A model generated the notes under the pieces. It did no database searches. It was not told the origin of the DNA and was given only the letters and a program-made list of their open reading frames with translations. Made by a program: the position numbers and the translations under genes. 64,000 nucleotides of DNA from the human T2T-CHM13v2.0 reference genome, Homo sapiens, in assembly GCF_009914755.1 (NCBI RefSeq), contig NC_060931.1; one strand, given 5' to 3'. Positions 14,401 through 28,576 of this stretch are shown here, in pieces. How positions within the stretch are numbered: the first letter of the stretch is position 1; the number at the start of each line of letters is the position of its first letter.

Positions 14401-17400
14401 GGCTCCAAGAGAAGTAACTTTCTGAGAGCACTCAGGAATTTCTTAGTGGAACTGGGGCTAGAATCAATTCACTGCATTTAATGCAGTATTAACCAGACAA
14501 CTGTGTTGGGCCCTGGGGACCAGAGAAGAATTAACACACAGCCCAAGCCTTCCCCTGGTCTGAGCTTCCTCTTCCCACCTTCATATTCATGGCAGCTTCT
14601 TCTTGCTGGGAGTGGGATAGAGGAGCCCTAGGGCTGCTGGCTTCTGGAAGGAACTGGCTCCAGGGCACCCTGGCTATTCCCTTGCTCCATGCTGTGTGCA
14701 GGTGGCTCTGGCACCAAGGGGTGGCACCAAACCTGCTGCCAGCCTTGGCTTTCTCACCAGTCCTGCTCTGATGAGTTGACAGGCTGTGTTTGGAATTGAG
14801 CATGGCGGTATTACAAAGGCAAGTGGGTACCACACAACCTGCCCGCAGTGTTGCTTTGTTCTGATGAATTACACTGAGTCCCTGGATTCACATTTGGCTG
14901 GATTGTCAGGAAAAATATGTGTTCTGGGTGCCACCTGATCTTTTCATCTAGCTTCTGTCCTCAGGTAAACATTCCCTGTTAAAATTCTAAATGTTCATCT
15001 GCTTCCTCTAAAGAGATTGGTAAAAAGGCATAAAACACCTAAGAATCAGTGTTACTTGTAATGAGCCCAGGGCTGCCGCAGGGAGCACCATATACATAGA
15101 ATACCAGGTGAGTGAGTGGGGCCCTCAGGGCTGAAGTATTATGCTCTAGGCCAGAAAAAGGATATTTTCTTTTTATTCCTGGGATACAGATAATGTATTT
15201 TCACATAACAGCCACATGTTTCATGAATTAAGCCAACAAATATTTACCAAGTATCCTTTAAATCCTTTAGTATTTAAAGTATCATTTTTTGCAAAAAAAA
15301 AAAAAATATGAGGGCCAACTTATTTTTGCCTGTCATGAAATCAAAGGCCAATTAAATAATCATTTCCAAATTTATATTTCTGTTTTATAGGTTTTCTTTA
15401 TTCAAGGCATTCTTGTACAGTAAAGGGCAGGAAAAGGAGAGGGAGAGGGAAAGGGAGAAGAGGAAGAAGGAGGAAGGTGTGTGTGTTGGGAGTAGGGGGA
15501 AGCTTTGCAAATGGTAAACCTGGGTTATTATTTGACTTTTGGTTAAAAAAAAAAGTTGCATCAAATTAAGCAGTAAGCAATCATGAAGCAGGCAGTGACA
15601 TGCATAGAGCAGATTTTCCTAAATCATCTTCCCCAGAACACCAATTCGCTAAGATGTTAATAAGCATTTTCCAAATAAAGATTTTCATTTTTCAGATAAA
15701 TTCAGGACCGGCTGCATCTCCACTCCTGGTGAGTGACAATTCGTTTTAGCATGTTAAAGGCTCTGGAAAATGCTAGGGTAAAAGCAAAATGAAACACAAA
15801 ACAAGAAGCTTGATTGACTTCCTTTAGCCTGGCACCCCCCAGATGCTGAACCTCTGTTATTGCAGTCGCTGAGGAACAGAGCCCATGGCACATGTGGAAA
15901 ATCCTCTGCTGGATGAGGTGACTGTGGGATGGTCTCTGCTAGCTCCCTGCTAGGTCAGAGTGGAGCACTGGAGAAACACCAAACTCTTACCCAGGAGGGA
16001 AAAGGTCTGTTTCTCTGGCATCCTGCCTTTTGGTAGGGAGAAAAACTTCCAGTTTGAGTCTGAGGTGAAAATTGCTTTCCCCTTGCATCAAAGTCATAGA
16101 AACCCTGATGTGCCGTTATACCATTCAACATTCCCATCCCTGCAGTGCCTCAGGCTTTTGCAGTTTGCCCTCCTCATGCCCTTTCCTGGATCATGACCTT
16201 CTTTCAGCTGCCATTCCATTTTCACAGTCATTTCCATGCCCCATTTGGCTAACTCACCACTCCCTCAAAAGGAGATGCCCAGGTCAAAAAGCAGAGCTTT
16301 GCTCCATGTCCTTCCTGGAGCCTGGAGACTCCTGCTGAGTCCAGAGGGAGCAGCGAGCATGCCAGAGAAGGGCCCCTGCTAGGGACTGCTTCTGCTGTGA
16401 ACATTTGGGTCCTGTTCCTGTTCTTTCCCACATCTCTCCCAGATGCTGCCGCAACCTTTACATGAATGCTCAGCCTCAGTTTCCTCCTGTCTCAAATGTC
16501 CTTATTTCAGGGTTGGGATAAAGAGTAAAAAAATATGTTTAGAGTGTTAAGCCTAGTACCTGCCTGCAATAGGTGCTCAACAAGTAGATGCTATTACTGA
16601 TCATCACTATTCTTGCCTTATCTTCCCAAAGCACCTCCATACTGAGGATACAAATGAGGTCAGGTTAACAGGACCAATTTAAATCTCACTGCTTGGCCTC
16701 ATTTGCACCTGCAGACCTTCACACCTTCTCCACCTGTAAGCTCCAGGACAGTATTTCTGGGACTCTCCGGAGGGTGTCTCATGGGTATGTAAGAATGAGC
16801 CCGCTTTCTGTGCCACGCAAGCCTGCTCATGGCTCACTTGTCACCAGAATGCCCGCCACCAGCTGTCACAGCTCCACGGGGTGCAGGAGTGAGGCCCTGG
16901 CTCCACCTGGCACAGCAACTCCATGTTGGTGGTTATGGCCTGTGTGCCACCCATCTGCTCTTCTGTCCTAAGAACAGACAGTGCTGTGGTCTCTGAGCAG
17001 CCAGCTTTTTGTGTTACTGGCTGTTGGACGGGGGCCAAGTAGGGCTCCTTGAGATCTCCCATGTTAGAATTTACTGACAGAGTTTTTCTTTTTGGAATTC
17101 TCACCTTTTTCCTCCTTAGGAAAGGAGCTGGGCTAGGGACGGGATGAGTCACTTCCTTCACAGGGAGCTTGGAGTCTCTGCTGTCTTCACCACTGAAGGC
17201 TTTGTTGTCAGGTCCAGCGTCTTGCTCTGGCACTACCTCATGTGGGAGGTGTTCTCCCCTGGTGGTCTATTCCGTTCCTTACAAGCAGTCAGCCCCCATA
17301 GTGGGCCCAGACTGAGTCCTTTTCCAGGAGGCTCTTCTGCCTGTGCAAAGGGGCCACTGCCAGGCCCAGCCCTCAGTGCGCTGGTCTCAGTCTCAGTGGC

Positions 17401-18599
17401 CCCACCATGGTGCTGGCCTATGGGAGCAAACTCTCCCGCATCTCCATCCTCCTCACAGCACTAGCCACTGTGGTGACCATGGGTCCTACCCGATCCTGCT
17501 GGTGACTCCCTGCCACCATTGCCAGGACACAGCTCTTTCTGGCCCAGAGTGACAATTCTGGCAAATTTAACTTGATATTGGCTATCCAAGGACAAGTATA
17601 TGGTGAGCACTAAGCACCAGGCATTGTGTCTAGCTTCTGGCTCTCATAGATTTGCTAGGATTCCCCTGTAATGGCGGTGGTGGTGACAGGAGCTTACTCT
17701 ACCCTGGGCAGGAGCCAGGCTGCAAACCCAAGTCTGGCTAAATCAAAAGTCCAGGCTTCCTAGAGACTCACTCTCTCTTTGTTCCTTACTGGAATCTTTG
17801 CTCTTATTGTCACACCTGTGCCACGCAAAGCCCCTCAGGAGCTAGGCTGATCATGACTGGACCCCGCACAGTCTGCCCAGCATGCTCCTCACCATTGCCT
17901 CTAAGCTGGCCAGGACCCTGGGGGGCTTTCCCCATGCACTACCCTGACACCTTTCTGGGGCACCATGGTAACTATCCACAGCCCCTCCTGGAGTGTGTCT
18001 CTTCATCCTGAGGTCTAAAGTCCTGATAATCTCCCCCAGTGAACCTGCGGTTTCTCTGAGGAGCCAGGTCCTCTGAGGACATGGGTCCCCTGGTGACTGC
18101 CTTGCCATTACTGGACCTTCTCAGTTGAGTGTGCAGACCACATCCCATGATCCCTAAGGAGCATTAGCCCAGAGGAAACACCTGATCAATCCCTGCCAAT
18201 TTACGCTAAAAGCCACCATTTAAAAAAAAAAACAAAAACCCTCATCAGGATGACCTCCTATACCACAAAACCTTGCCCTCAGCAGAACTCTCTATAGGTC
18301 TCAAAGGTGACAGTATGAAGCACTGCTGGAAATTCCCACTCTCCTAGCGTCCTATTTATTGATCACATAGCTGCCTTCCGGGGGTAGAACCACTGGGAAA
18401 TGTGTATGAACAGCACTCATCAACCATCACGTTTTTATTTGGCATTAGCTCCATGCCCAGTGAAGTGCCAGGTACAGACTGAGATTCATTTAAAAAATAG
18501 AAAGCATGGTCCTGTAAATAATTTGCAATTAACCAGGGAGATACACTTATACTGGAGAATTGAAGAACAGCTACAATTACGCACTGTAAGTAGGAAAGT

Positions 18600-19165
18600 T
18601 CTACAGCTTCCCTGGCTTCCTCCCACTCTCAGCCCTGCAAGCTCACCCAAGCCGAGCAGCCCACTGGCTGTACCTCAAACATGCCAAGCAACTCCTGCCT
18701 CAGGGGCTTCTCCTGGTTATTCCTGTGTCCGGGAAAAACCTTCTCCCAGACCTTCCCAATACTCCCTGCCTCTCTTCCATCCATTCTGTGCTTCAATTCC
18801 CCTTCGCAGAGAGGCCTCCCCGGTCACTGTCTCTAAAACAGTTCCTCCTCTTACTCACTCTTCTTACTTTGCTTTAGTGTTTCTTCATAGCCCTTGTCAC
18901 TACCAAATATCCCACTTGTTATTTACTTGTTTTTTGTGTGTGTATTAACTACATATATATTTCAGTTGAAAGGTCTGTTCAAAACTTTGATCCTTTTTGA
19001 AATTTCCTTGTTTTTTATTGTTGCATTTTAGAGTTTTTGAGTTTATTCTGTTTTGTTTACTGTAGTATCTCCAGAGTCTGGAATAGCACCTGCCACAAAG
19101 GAAGCTATTTCCTGAGGAAATGAGGGAATAAATGAAGGGATGGATAAATGAATGAATGAATGAGA
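18600..19165 (+). mobile_element. L2 3' end
   Basis: ctcctgcctcagggg...tgtagtatctccagagtctggaatagcacctg...(gaat)n terminus. Confidence 0.65.
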
Positions 19166-19369
19166 CAGACTATGCCTCGTGGTAGGATTTATATAAAATG
19201 AGAATAATATAAAAATAATGCAATTTTATATTTGCATATCACTCATTCCATATATGTGATTGTGAGATGTATCCCATCTGTGTGGTGTGTGTCTGTGGGT
19301 ATGTATGTGTGAGTGGTGAGTTTGTGCATGCTGTTTATGTGGATCTAGCCAATTGACCACTGTGCAGGA

Positions 19370-19555
19370 GGAAGAACTCAGACCTTGGAGTCAGAGGAAT
19401 CTGGCTTCACATCCCTGCTCGGTCACTTGTTAACTATATGACAGTAAGTATGTTTCTCAACTTTTCCAAACCTGGGTTTATTCACGTTAACATGGGGATA
19501 AAAGTACCTCTTTCATAGATTTGTTATGGGGGTGAAATGAGACAACATACAACGT
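19370..19555. mobile_element. MIR
   Basis: cttggagtcagaggaatctggcttc...acatggggataaaagtacctctttcatagatttgtt. Confidence 0.7.
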
Positions 19556-19702
19556 AATTCAAACACCCTACAAATGAGAAATGCTTAGAAAAAACTGTTT
19601 TTTATATGTATGCTTTTCTTTTGATTTCCTAATTTTTAATTTACATAAGGTAATATTCACTGATTTTAGTGTATAGTTGTATGATTTTGGATCCCAATCA
19701 AG

Positions 19703-19779
19703 TTTTTTTTTTTTTTTTTTTGGAGACGGGGTCTTGATTTGTCGCCCAGGCTGGAGTGCAGTGGCACAATCTCGGCTCA
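19703..19779 (-). mobile_element. Alu 3' terminal fragment with A19 tail
   Basis: Minus strand TGAGCCGAGATTGTGCCACTGCACTCCAGCCTGGGCGAC...CCGTCTCC-A19. Confidence 0.9.
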
Positions 19780-19860
19780 AGGAGGACGCTACATAAGGGA
19801 GGGTTAGCTGCATTGGAAGGGTCTTCCACATCCCAGATTTCAAGCATGCTGCAACCAGGC
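19776..19860 (-). pseudogene. DPY19L2-like terminal exon ~22, truncated
   Basis: tttcag|G CCT GGT TGC...; PGCSMLEIWDVEDPSNAANPPLCSVLLE, then an abrupt switch to Alu sequence. Confidence 0.9.
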
Positions 19861-21997
19861 CTGAAAAAAGACAGACATATATATCCATATTAGAAATGTA
19901 TTCCTGTCTAGAGAAAATAGATACATAACACAACATCTAGATTTTCAGAGACAAATTTATTTCATAAGTTAAATATTTTAAAGCGTCATTTCAAAAAACA
20001 ATTTCAATGTTTAGAAATTTAAAAAATAGAATGAAATTAAGCACGTTGCATTTTCGCATCTCATTTGACCAAATGAAAGACATATCCTAATAATAAAGCT
20101 TCAATATACATTCATAAATATATATGTAAAAGCACACTTTCAAGATGAAACAAACATAAATATAATTTCCAAGTGCCATCACCATCTAAACATAAGGCCC
20201 ATTTGTAGTAAAATAAGACAAATTAAAACCTAATCGAATTCCTGATGAATTTCACATTTTTTAGCATAAACTGCCTTGGATTAGCATGAAATGATCCAAG
20301 GCAGGGACAGGAGACTCTTACGGCAATTTGTTTTCTTCAATGCTTTCCCATTTTGGGTGGCTCTATGACTGGGCTAAATGAGACACTATTCCTCCCTAGA
20401 GAGTAATCCTGCATGGCAGTCATTAAAGGGAAGGAGTCAGACAAAACTGATTTCTAATTTTTTAACATCTATATTGAAGTATAAGTTATACACAATAAAA
20501 CTTCACCTATTTTATGTGTAAAGTTTGCCAGGTATGGGCAAATGTGTATACATGTGTAAGCACTACCACAATCATAATACAGAAAATTTCCATCACCCCC
20601 ACAAGTTCCCTGTGCCCTTTTGCAATCTACCATCTTCCCCAAACATGGCCTCAGGCAACTACTGTGCTTTCTGCATTACAGTTTTGCTTTTTCTAGAATT
20701 TCATATAAATATATTATGTAGTCTTTTCATTTTTGGCTTCTTTACCATAGCATGTTTTTGATATTCATATCTGAGCTGTAGTTCCTACAACTTCTGTTGT
20801 GGTTCAGTAGTTCCTTCCCTTTTGTTGCTAAATAATATTTCATTGTATATAGAGAACACAATTTGTTTATCCATTTGCAAGTTAATGAACATTTGAGATG
20901 TTTTGAGTTTTTGGTGACCATGAACAATGCCACTATAAACATTCACGGACAAGGCTTTTTGTGGACATATGTTATCATTTCTCTTAGGGAAACACCTAGG
21001 AGTGGAATTGCTGGGTTGCATGGTTATGTATGATTAAGTGTGGATTTATCTTTATAAGCAAGTTCAAAACTGTTTTCCAGAGTAGATGCACCATTTTCCA
21101 TTTCCACCAACAATGCATGAGAGTTTAAGTTGTATCAGTTTTTGTAATTTTAATCGTTATAGTATGGTTATGGATGATTCAAAATATCTTCTTTGGTGAA
21201 ATTTCTATTCAAATATTTTGCCAAATTTTGTGTTGGTTCTTATTGAGGTGTGAGAGTTCTTTGTATATTCTGGGTAAAAGTCTGCCAGATTTTTTTAGCA
21301 GATGTATTAAGGCATAATTGCTCAATAATTACTCAATAAGCTGCACATATTTAGTATCCACTTGGATACATATTAACATAGGTATACACTTGTAAAACAG
21401 CAGCCACAATAAAAATCATGAACATATCCATCTCTCCCAAAAGTTTACTTCTGCCCTTTTGTAATCCTAATTATTGCATGCTTTCTTTTTTGTCTGGCTT
21501 CTTGTCCTCAGTAGAATTATTTTGAGATCCATCCATATTGCTGTATCAATAGTTCGTTCATTTTTATTAGTGAGTAATATTTACATTGTTTGGATATTCT
21601 AATAGTGTGTTTATACATTCATCTGCTGATAAATAAGTGGATTGTTTCCAGTTTGGGGCTAATACAGAAAATAAAGTGCTATGAACATTTGTGTACAATT
21701 CCTGGGATGGATATGTGCTTTCTTTTATTTTAATAAATACAGTAGTTGTATGTTTAACTTTTTATAAAATTGCTAAACTGTCTTGCAGAGTGGTTGTACC
21801 ATATTACTTTTGCACCACTGGTATATGAGAGTTCTAAGTCCTCCATAGTGTCAGCAACAGTTGGCAGTTCTTTTTTCAGTTATAGCTATTTTATTAAGTG
21901 TTTAGTTACATCTCACTGTAATTTTCATTTGCATTTCACAAATCACTAGTAACATCAAGCATCTTTTTGTGTGATTATTTGCCATCTGTCCTTTTGT

Positions 21998-22325
<328 letters not shown>

Positions 22326-24424
22326 TAATTGGGTTGTTTTCTTATTATTGGGTTTTGAGAGTTTTTTATACATCTAGAAAAAGTCCTTTATCAGACATAG
22401 GCTTTGAAAATATTTTCTCCCAGACTGTGGTTTATCTTTTAATTCTTCCTAATACTGTTTATAAAAAAGCAGAGGTTTACAGTTTTAATGAAGTCCTATT
22501 TATCAATGTGTTCTCTTGTGGATCATGATTATGTTACTGTATCTGAGAAATCTTAGCCTAATCCAAGGTTACAATAATTTTCTTCCATATTTTCTTCTAG
22601 AAATTTTATATTCTTAGATTCTTAGTAGCAAGTTACCTTCTACTCCTAGTTTGCTGAGGGTTTTTAATCAGTTATGGATACTGAATTGTGTCAAATACTT
22701 TTTCCTGAATGTACTCAGAGGATGATGCGTGATGATGCGGTCTTTCTTTCTCAGTTTGTTACTATGGTGAATTCACTTGATTGGTTTTCAAATAGTGAGA
22801 CAACTTTGCATTCCTGGGATAAACTCCACTTGCACATTATGTATTGTCTTTCTTTAATATATTGCTGGATTCATTTGTTGCAATTTTACTTAAAAACTTC
22901 ACACATGTGTTCATGATAAATTTTGATTGGTTGTTTCCTTTTATTGTAATGTTTCTCTCATGTTGGTATCAGGATAATGCTGACCTCACAGAACCAGTTG
23001 GGAAGTAATCCCTCCTTTTGAATTTTCTGGAATAGTTTGTAGAATTGGAATTATTTCCAGTGAAGATATCTGTCTTAAAGTTTTCTTTGTGACAATTCTT
23101 TTTACTACAAATATAATTTTATTAATAGATACAAGGTCATTCATAATAAGGTAATAGATATAAGATTTTCTATTTCTTAAGTGAGCTTTGATTTTGCATC
23201 TTTCAAGGAACTTGTCCATTTTATCTATTTTGTCCTACTTAGTGGAATAAAGTTGTTCCTAAAACTCCCTCATTATCCTTTTCATTTCTTCAGATCCTGT
23301 AGTGATAAAATCTTTCTTATTCCTGATACTAGTAATTTCTGTCTTCAATCTTTTAGTTTGGGTAGGAATTTATCAATTTTATTAATCTTCTCAAGAATCA
23401 GTGTTTGGTTTTACTGACTTTTCCCTGTTTGGGGAGGAAATACACACTGATTTTGATTCTAATCTTTATGCTTTCTTTTTCTTCTCCTTACTTTGGAGTT
23501 TACTTATTCTTTTATTTTTCTAGTTCCTTAAGGTGAAGCTGAGTGACTGATATGAGGCCTTTCTTCTTTTTCTATTATGGGCATTCAACATAAAAACAAA
23601 TCTCTCTACTGCTGTATCTGCATCCCACAAACAGCGGGATGGTGTTCTCATTTTCCCTTAGGTCAACATACGTTGAAACTAACCCTCCTTTTGTTTCTTC
23701 TTGACCATGGATTATCTGGAAGTGTACTACTTAGTTTCTAAACATTTGAGGGAATTTCCGTATAGAATTCTGTTACTGATTTCTAATTTAATTTCATTGT
23801 AGTCAGAGATTGTACTTTACATGATCTAAAGTATTTTAAATGTGTCAATACTTGCTTTGTGGCCTAGAAAATAGTCTTTTTTGATAAATAGTCTGCGTGT
23901 GCTTGAATGTCTATTTTGCTGTTCTAGGGTGGTGTGTACTATAAATGTCAATTAGGTCATATTGGTTGATGGCGTCATTCAAGTCTTCCATATTCTTGCC
24001 AAATTTCTTTTTATTTGTTCTACAAATTATTTAGACAAGGCTATTAAAATTTCTAACTATACTGTAGATTTGTCTATTTTTTCCTAAAGTTCTATCAGTT
24101 GTGTTTCATATTTTTGAAGCTCTGTTATCTAAGTGCATAAATGTTCAGGGTTGCCACATCCTCTTGAAATATAGATCCCTTCTTCATTTAAAAATCCTTG
24201 TTTAACCTTGATAATATTCTTAGCATTCAAATGTACTGTGATGTTATTACAGTCACACCAGCTTTCACTGACAAGTAGTAGCATCACATGTCCTTTTCCT
24301 ATCTGTTAACTTTTAACCTCTTCGTTTCTTTATATTTAAGTAAATTTCTTGAAAGCAGCCTATAGTAGGGTCTTGCTTTGCTATGCAATCTGACAATTCT
24401 TGCTTTTCATTTGTGGTGTTTAGA

Positions 24425-24878
24425 GCTATATTCGTTTCCTATTGCTGCTATAACAAATTACCACAAACAGTTGCTTAAAGCAACATATATTTATTCTCTT
24501 TCAAATTTTGGAGCTCATAAGTCTAAAATCACAGTATTGGCAGGACTCCAATCCTTCAGGAGGCTCTAGAAGAAAATCCACTTCCTTGCCTTTTCCAGCC
24601 CTAGAAGCTGGCCTCCTTCCTTGGCTTGTGGCCTTATATCACTCGAACTTCTGCTTCTACCATCACATCGCCTTTTTGATCTCTTACTCGTTTGCCTCCT
24701 CCTTATAAAGACTTTGTGATTACATTTGCCCTACCTGGATAATAAGGATAATCTCCACATCTCATGAGCATTAATTTAATCACATTTGCAAATTTCCTTT
24801 TTCCATGTGAGTAACGTAATTCACAATTTCTGGGAATTAGGACATGGCCATCGTGGGGGGCTCATTATTCAGCCTACC
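24425..24878 (-). mobile_element. MLT1-family MaLR LTR nested in L1
   Basis: tttcctattgctgctataacaaattaccacaaac...attattcagcctacca. Confidence 0.8.
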
Positions 24879-27800
24879 ACAAGTCCATTTACACTTAATG
24901 TGATAATTAATATGGTTAGATTTAAGTCTGTCATCTCAGCGTTTTCTCTTTGTTCCATCTGATCGTCATCTCCCTTTTCCGCTTCTTCTGCCTTATTTTG
25001 GATTGAGTGATTTTTATAATTCCATTTTAATCTTGTTTGTTGCCTTTTGGGTTCTGTCAATTTTTGCTTCATTTATTTTGAAATTCTCTTTTAAGTTCAT
25101 ATGCACTCAAATTATTGTATCTTTCTCCTGTACTGAACTATTTTGCATTATAAAACATAGTTGTTTCTAGTAATATTCTTTGTCTTAACATCTATCTTCT
25201 CTGATATTTATACATTTTTCACTTCAGCTTTTCTAATGTTTACTCACATGATATCTTTTCCATTCTTTTTCCTTCAGCCAATATACATATCTATATTTAA
25301 AATGCACCTCTTGCAGGCAGTCCATAGATAGGTTTTGCTCTTGTATTCAGTTTGCCAATCTCCACCTTTTGTTAGGAAGAATTTAGTCCTCTTTCACTTT
25401 GAAATTACTGATATGGTTTGATATAGGCTTGCTATAGTGCTCTTTTGTTTTTTTAAAAAAACTTTTTATTTCAAGACATTTGGAGATCCACATTAAGTGA
25501 GAGATAATACAAGTAGCTCTTGTACAGTCTTTAGACAGTGTCCTCCGCCATGGTAACATCTTGAACATTTGTATAATATCACAGCCAGATAATTCACATT
25601 GATAGAATGGTGATAGAGAGCATTTCCATCACCATAGAGATCCCTTGTATAGCCACACATACTATACTTCCCCCACATTCCCACCCCACCCTAACCCCTT
25701 GCAACCACAAATCATCCATATCTATAATTTTGTCATTTGAAGACAGTTATACAAATGGAATCATACAGTAGGTAACCTTTGGGGATTGTCTTTTCTTCAT
25801 TCAAACAATTCTCTGGAGATTCATCCAGGATCTTGAGTGTATCAATAGTTTGATCCTATTGCTGAGCAGTATTCCATGGTATGAATAGATCACTATTATT
25901 TAATCATTCACCTTGCAAAAAACATCTTGGTTGTTTCAGGTTTAGGCTATTACAAATAAAGCTGCTATAGACATTTTTCTACAGAATTTTGTGTGAACAC
26001 AACTTTCCACCTTTCTGGGAAAAAATGCCCAATACAATTGCTGGGTCTTAAGTTAGTTATATGTTTAGTTTTTTTCCCCTTTTAGTTTCAGTTGACAAGT
26101 AATACTTGTACATATTTATGAAGTATAGAGTGATATTTCAATGCATAATTACAATGTGTAATGATCAAATCAGGGTAATTAGGATATCCATCACCACAAA
26201 CGTTTACCATCTGTTTGTGCTGGGAACATTCAAAATCCTCTGTTCTGGCTTTCTTGACATATAACGATAAATTACTGTTAACTAATATTCACTCTACAGT
26301 GCCAGAGAGCACTGTAACTTATTCCTTCTATTTATCTGTAGTTTTTTATCTCTTAACCAACCTCTCCTTATCTTCTTCTCCTCCCTACCCTTCCCACTCA
26401 GCCTCTAATTACCACAATTCTACTCTACTTCTATGAGCTACTTCTTTGAGCTTCCACATGAGTGACAACATGCACTATTCATCTTTCTGTGTCTGACTTA
26501 TTTCACTTAATGTATCCAGGCTCATCCATATCTAGGCTTGCCATTATGCTCTTTTTTTCCCCACTGTTTTATTTATTTTTTGAGTGGTTTTGATAGGGAT
26601 GACAACAAGCATCTTTAACATATCATGATTTACTTACCATTTAAATTGGGTTATTTCTAGTAAATCGTACATTTCCACGGTTTACTCAATTTTTGTGCTA
26701 TTGTCATGTATATTTAATTTCTGTCATAAACTAAAAAATATAATGGTATCACTTTTGCCTTAAATAATGTCTTTTAAAGATTTTCAGAGAAGAAAAACGT
26801 ATAGTGATTAATATCCACATATTTACCTTTTCCAGCGCATTTCAGTATTTCTTGTATATCTGAGTTACCATCTGGCATCATTTCTCATCAGCTGATAGAA
26901 CTTCTTGTCCATCTTGAAGTATAAATCTGTTACCAACAAATTATCTTAGATTTTGTTGATCTGAAAAATGTATTTTTGGCCTCCATTTTAAAAAGATAGT
27001 TTCATTAAATATAGAATTCTTGATTTTTCATCTTCAGCACTTTGAATTATCATTCCAGTGTCGGATAATTTCCACTATTTATGTTGGGAAGTCAGATGTT
27101 TATATAGCATATCTTTTTTTCTCTTATTTTCAAGATTTTTCTCTTAATCTTTGATTTTACCGTTTTGACTGTAATGTTCCTTGCTTTGGTTTTCTTTGGG
27201 CTTCACCCAGTTGGATTTGTTGAGCTTAGCGGATCTCTAAGTTAGTAGCTTTTATCAAACTTGAGAAATTTTCGGCCAACATTTCTTCAATATTTTTTCG
27301 GTCATGTTCTTTTTTTCATTACATCTAATACTAAAATTATGCATGTGTTGAACTACTTAATGTTACATAGGTCTGTGACTTTGGTTATTTTTCAATCTTT
27401 TTGGCTCCTGTTCTTTTGATTAACTATCCTCTCTTCATCTATCTTCAAATTCACTGCATTTTCTGTTCAAATGTTCTGTTTTCATCTCAAAATTGTTGTT
27501 GAGTACATTTAAATGATTTTCATTTTATTTATTATACTTTTCAGCTCTAGAATTTCCATGGGGGCTGGAGTGTTTCTATTTCTCTGCTGAGATTCCATAG
27601 CTCTTCACTCATGGATACCATGTTTTCTTTTAATTCATTGAATACATTTTTCTTAAGCCTTTGAATGTATTTGTAATAGTGGCTTTGCAGTCTTTGGCTG
27701 CTAAATCCAACATCTGGACCTACTTGAATCGGTTTCTATTAACTTATTTTTTTCAGAGTATTGGTCATACTTTCTCATTTTAGTTTGAATCTCTGAAACT

Positions 27801-28450
27801 TTTTGCACATTTTAAATGATATTTTGAAGTGACCGTAGAACCTGTTTTGTTCTTCTGATTGCCAATGTGTCATTCTAGGAGACAATTAATGTGCCTGAAT
27901 TTCCTGTCATGTGCAGCAGCTAATATCTGTGCTTAGGAGCCTAAACAAAGGACTCATAAGATCAATTACACATCTTAGAATTTTATGATTTTTAGAGATT
28001 CAAAATTCAGAAATTAAAAAATTTTAATTAGGAATGTTTTCCTTAGGTCATTTTGGGTTTTGTCACTTTTCTTTTAAGTCTTACAAATCCAATATAATTC
28101 AGCTATAATACAGAATGCCAATATCTCACTTTGTTGTAAATTCAAATCCATATTACAGATATCTAATAAAAATTTTCATAAATATTTCAAAAATTATGAA
28201 AAAAGCTAAGTGGAAGATGTTAAATTGAAAAATCAGGATATTAAATATACTATAATGTTTGGAATTAAATTCTACTTCATTGATAATATAGTTTTATGTC
28301 TCTAGATGAAATAATTTAAACTAAGGTACCAGGATAATATTTTAATAAATTTAAAATAAAAATTCTTAAAGAATCAGGACTACTGTAATAAAGTGAAACA
28401 TTTGTTGCTCAAAAATATACCATATCAGATAGCATAGGTTTAATACTCAC

Positions 28451-28576
28451 TTAGTTCTCACAACACACCATGCCTCTTCTAAAACATAATAATTCACATG
28501 TAACTCCAACAATTTATCTCTTACTTCTTTGGCAGATTTTCCACTATATGTAGAATAAACTATTTTTGTCCAAGCC
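28451..28576 (-). pseudogene. DPY19L2-like exon ~21 (126 bp)
   Basis: aaag|G GCT TGG...ACT AA|gtgagt; AWTKIVYSTYSGKSAKEVRDKLLELHVNYYVLEEAWCVVRTK. Confidence 0.92.

Noticed and set aside
14500-18200. Cluster of short ORFs in GC-richer unique DNA
   Set aside because: There is no CpG island, consistent exon chain or recognisable protein similarity. Enhancer activity cannot be judged from sequence alone.
18400-18948. 182-aa ORF
   Set aside because: It largely overlaps decayed L2 sequence and shows no recognisable domain or splice support.
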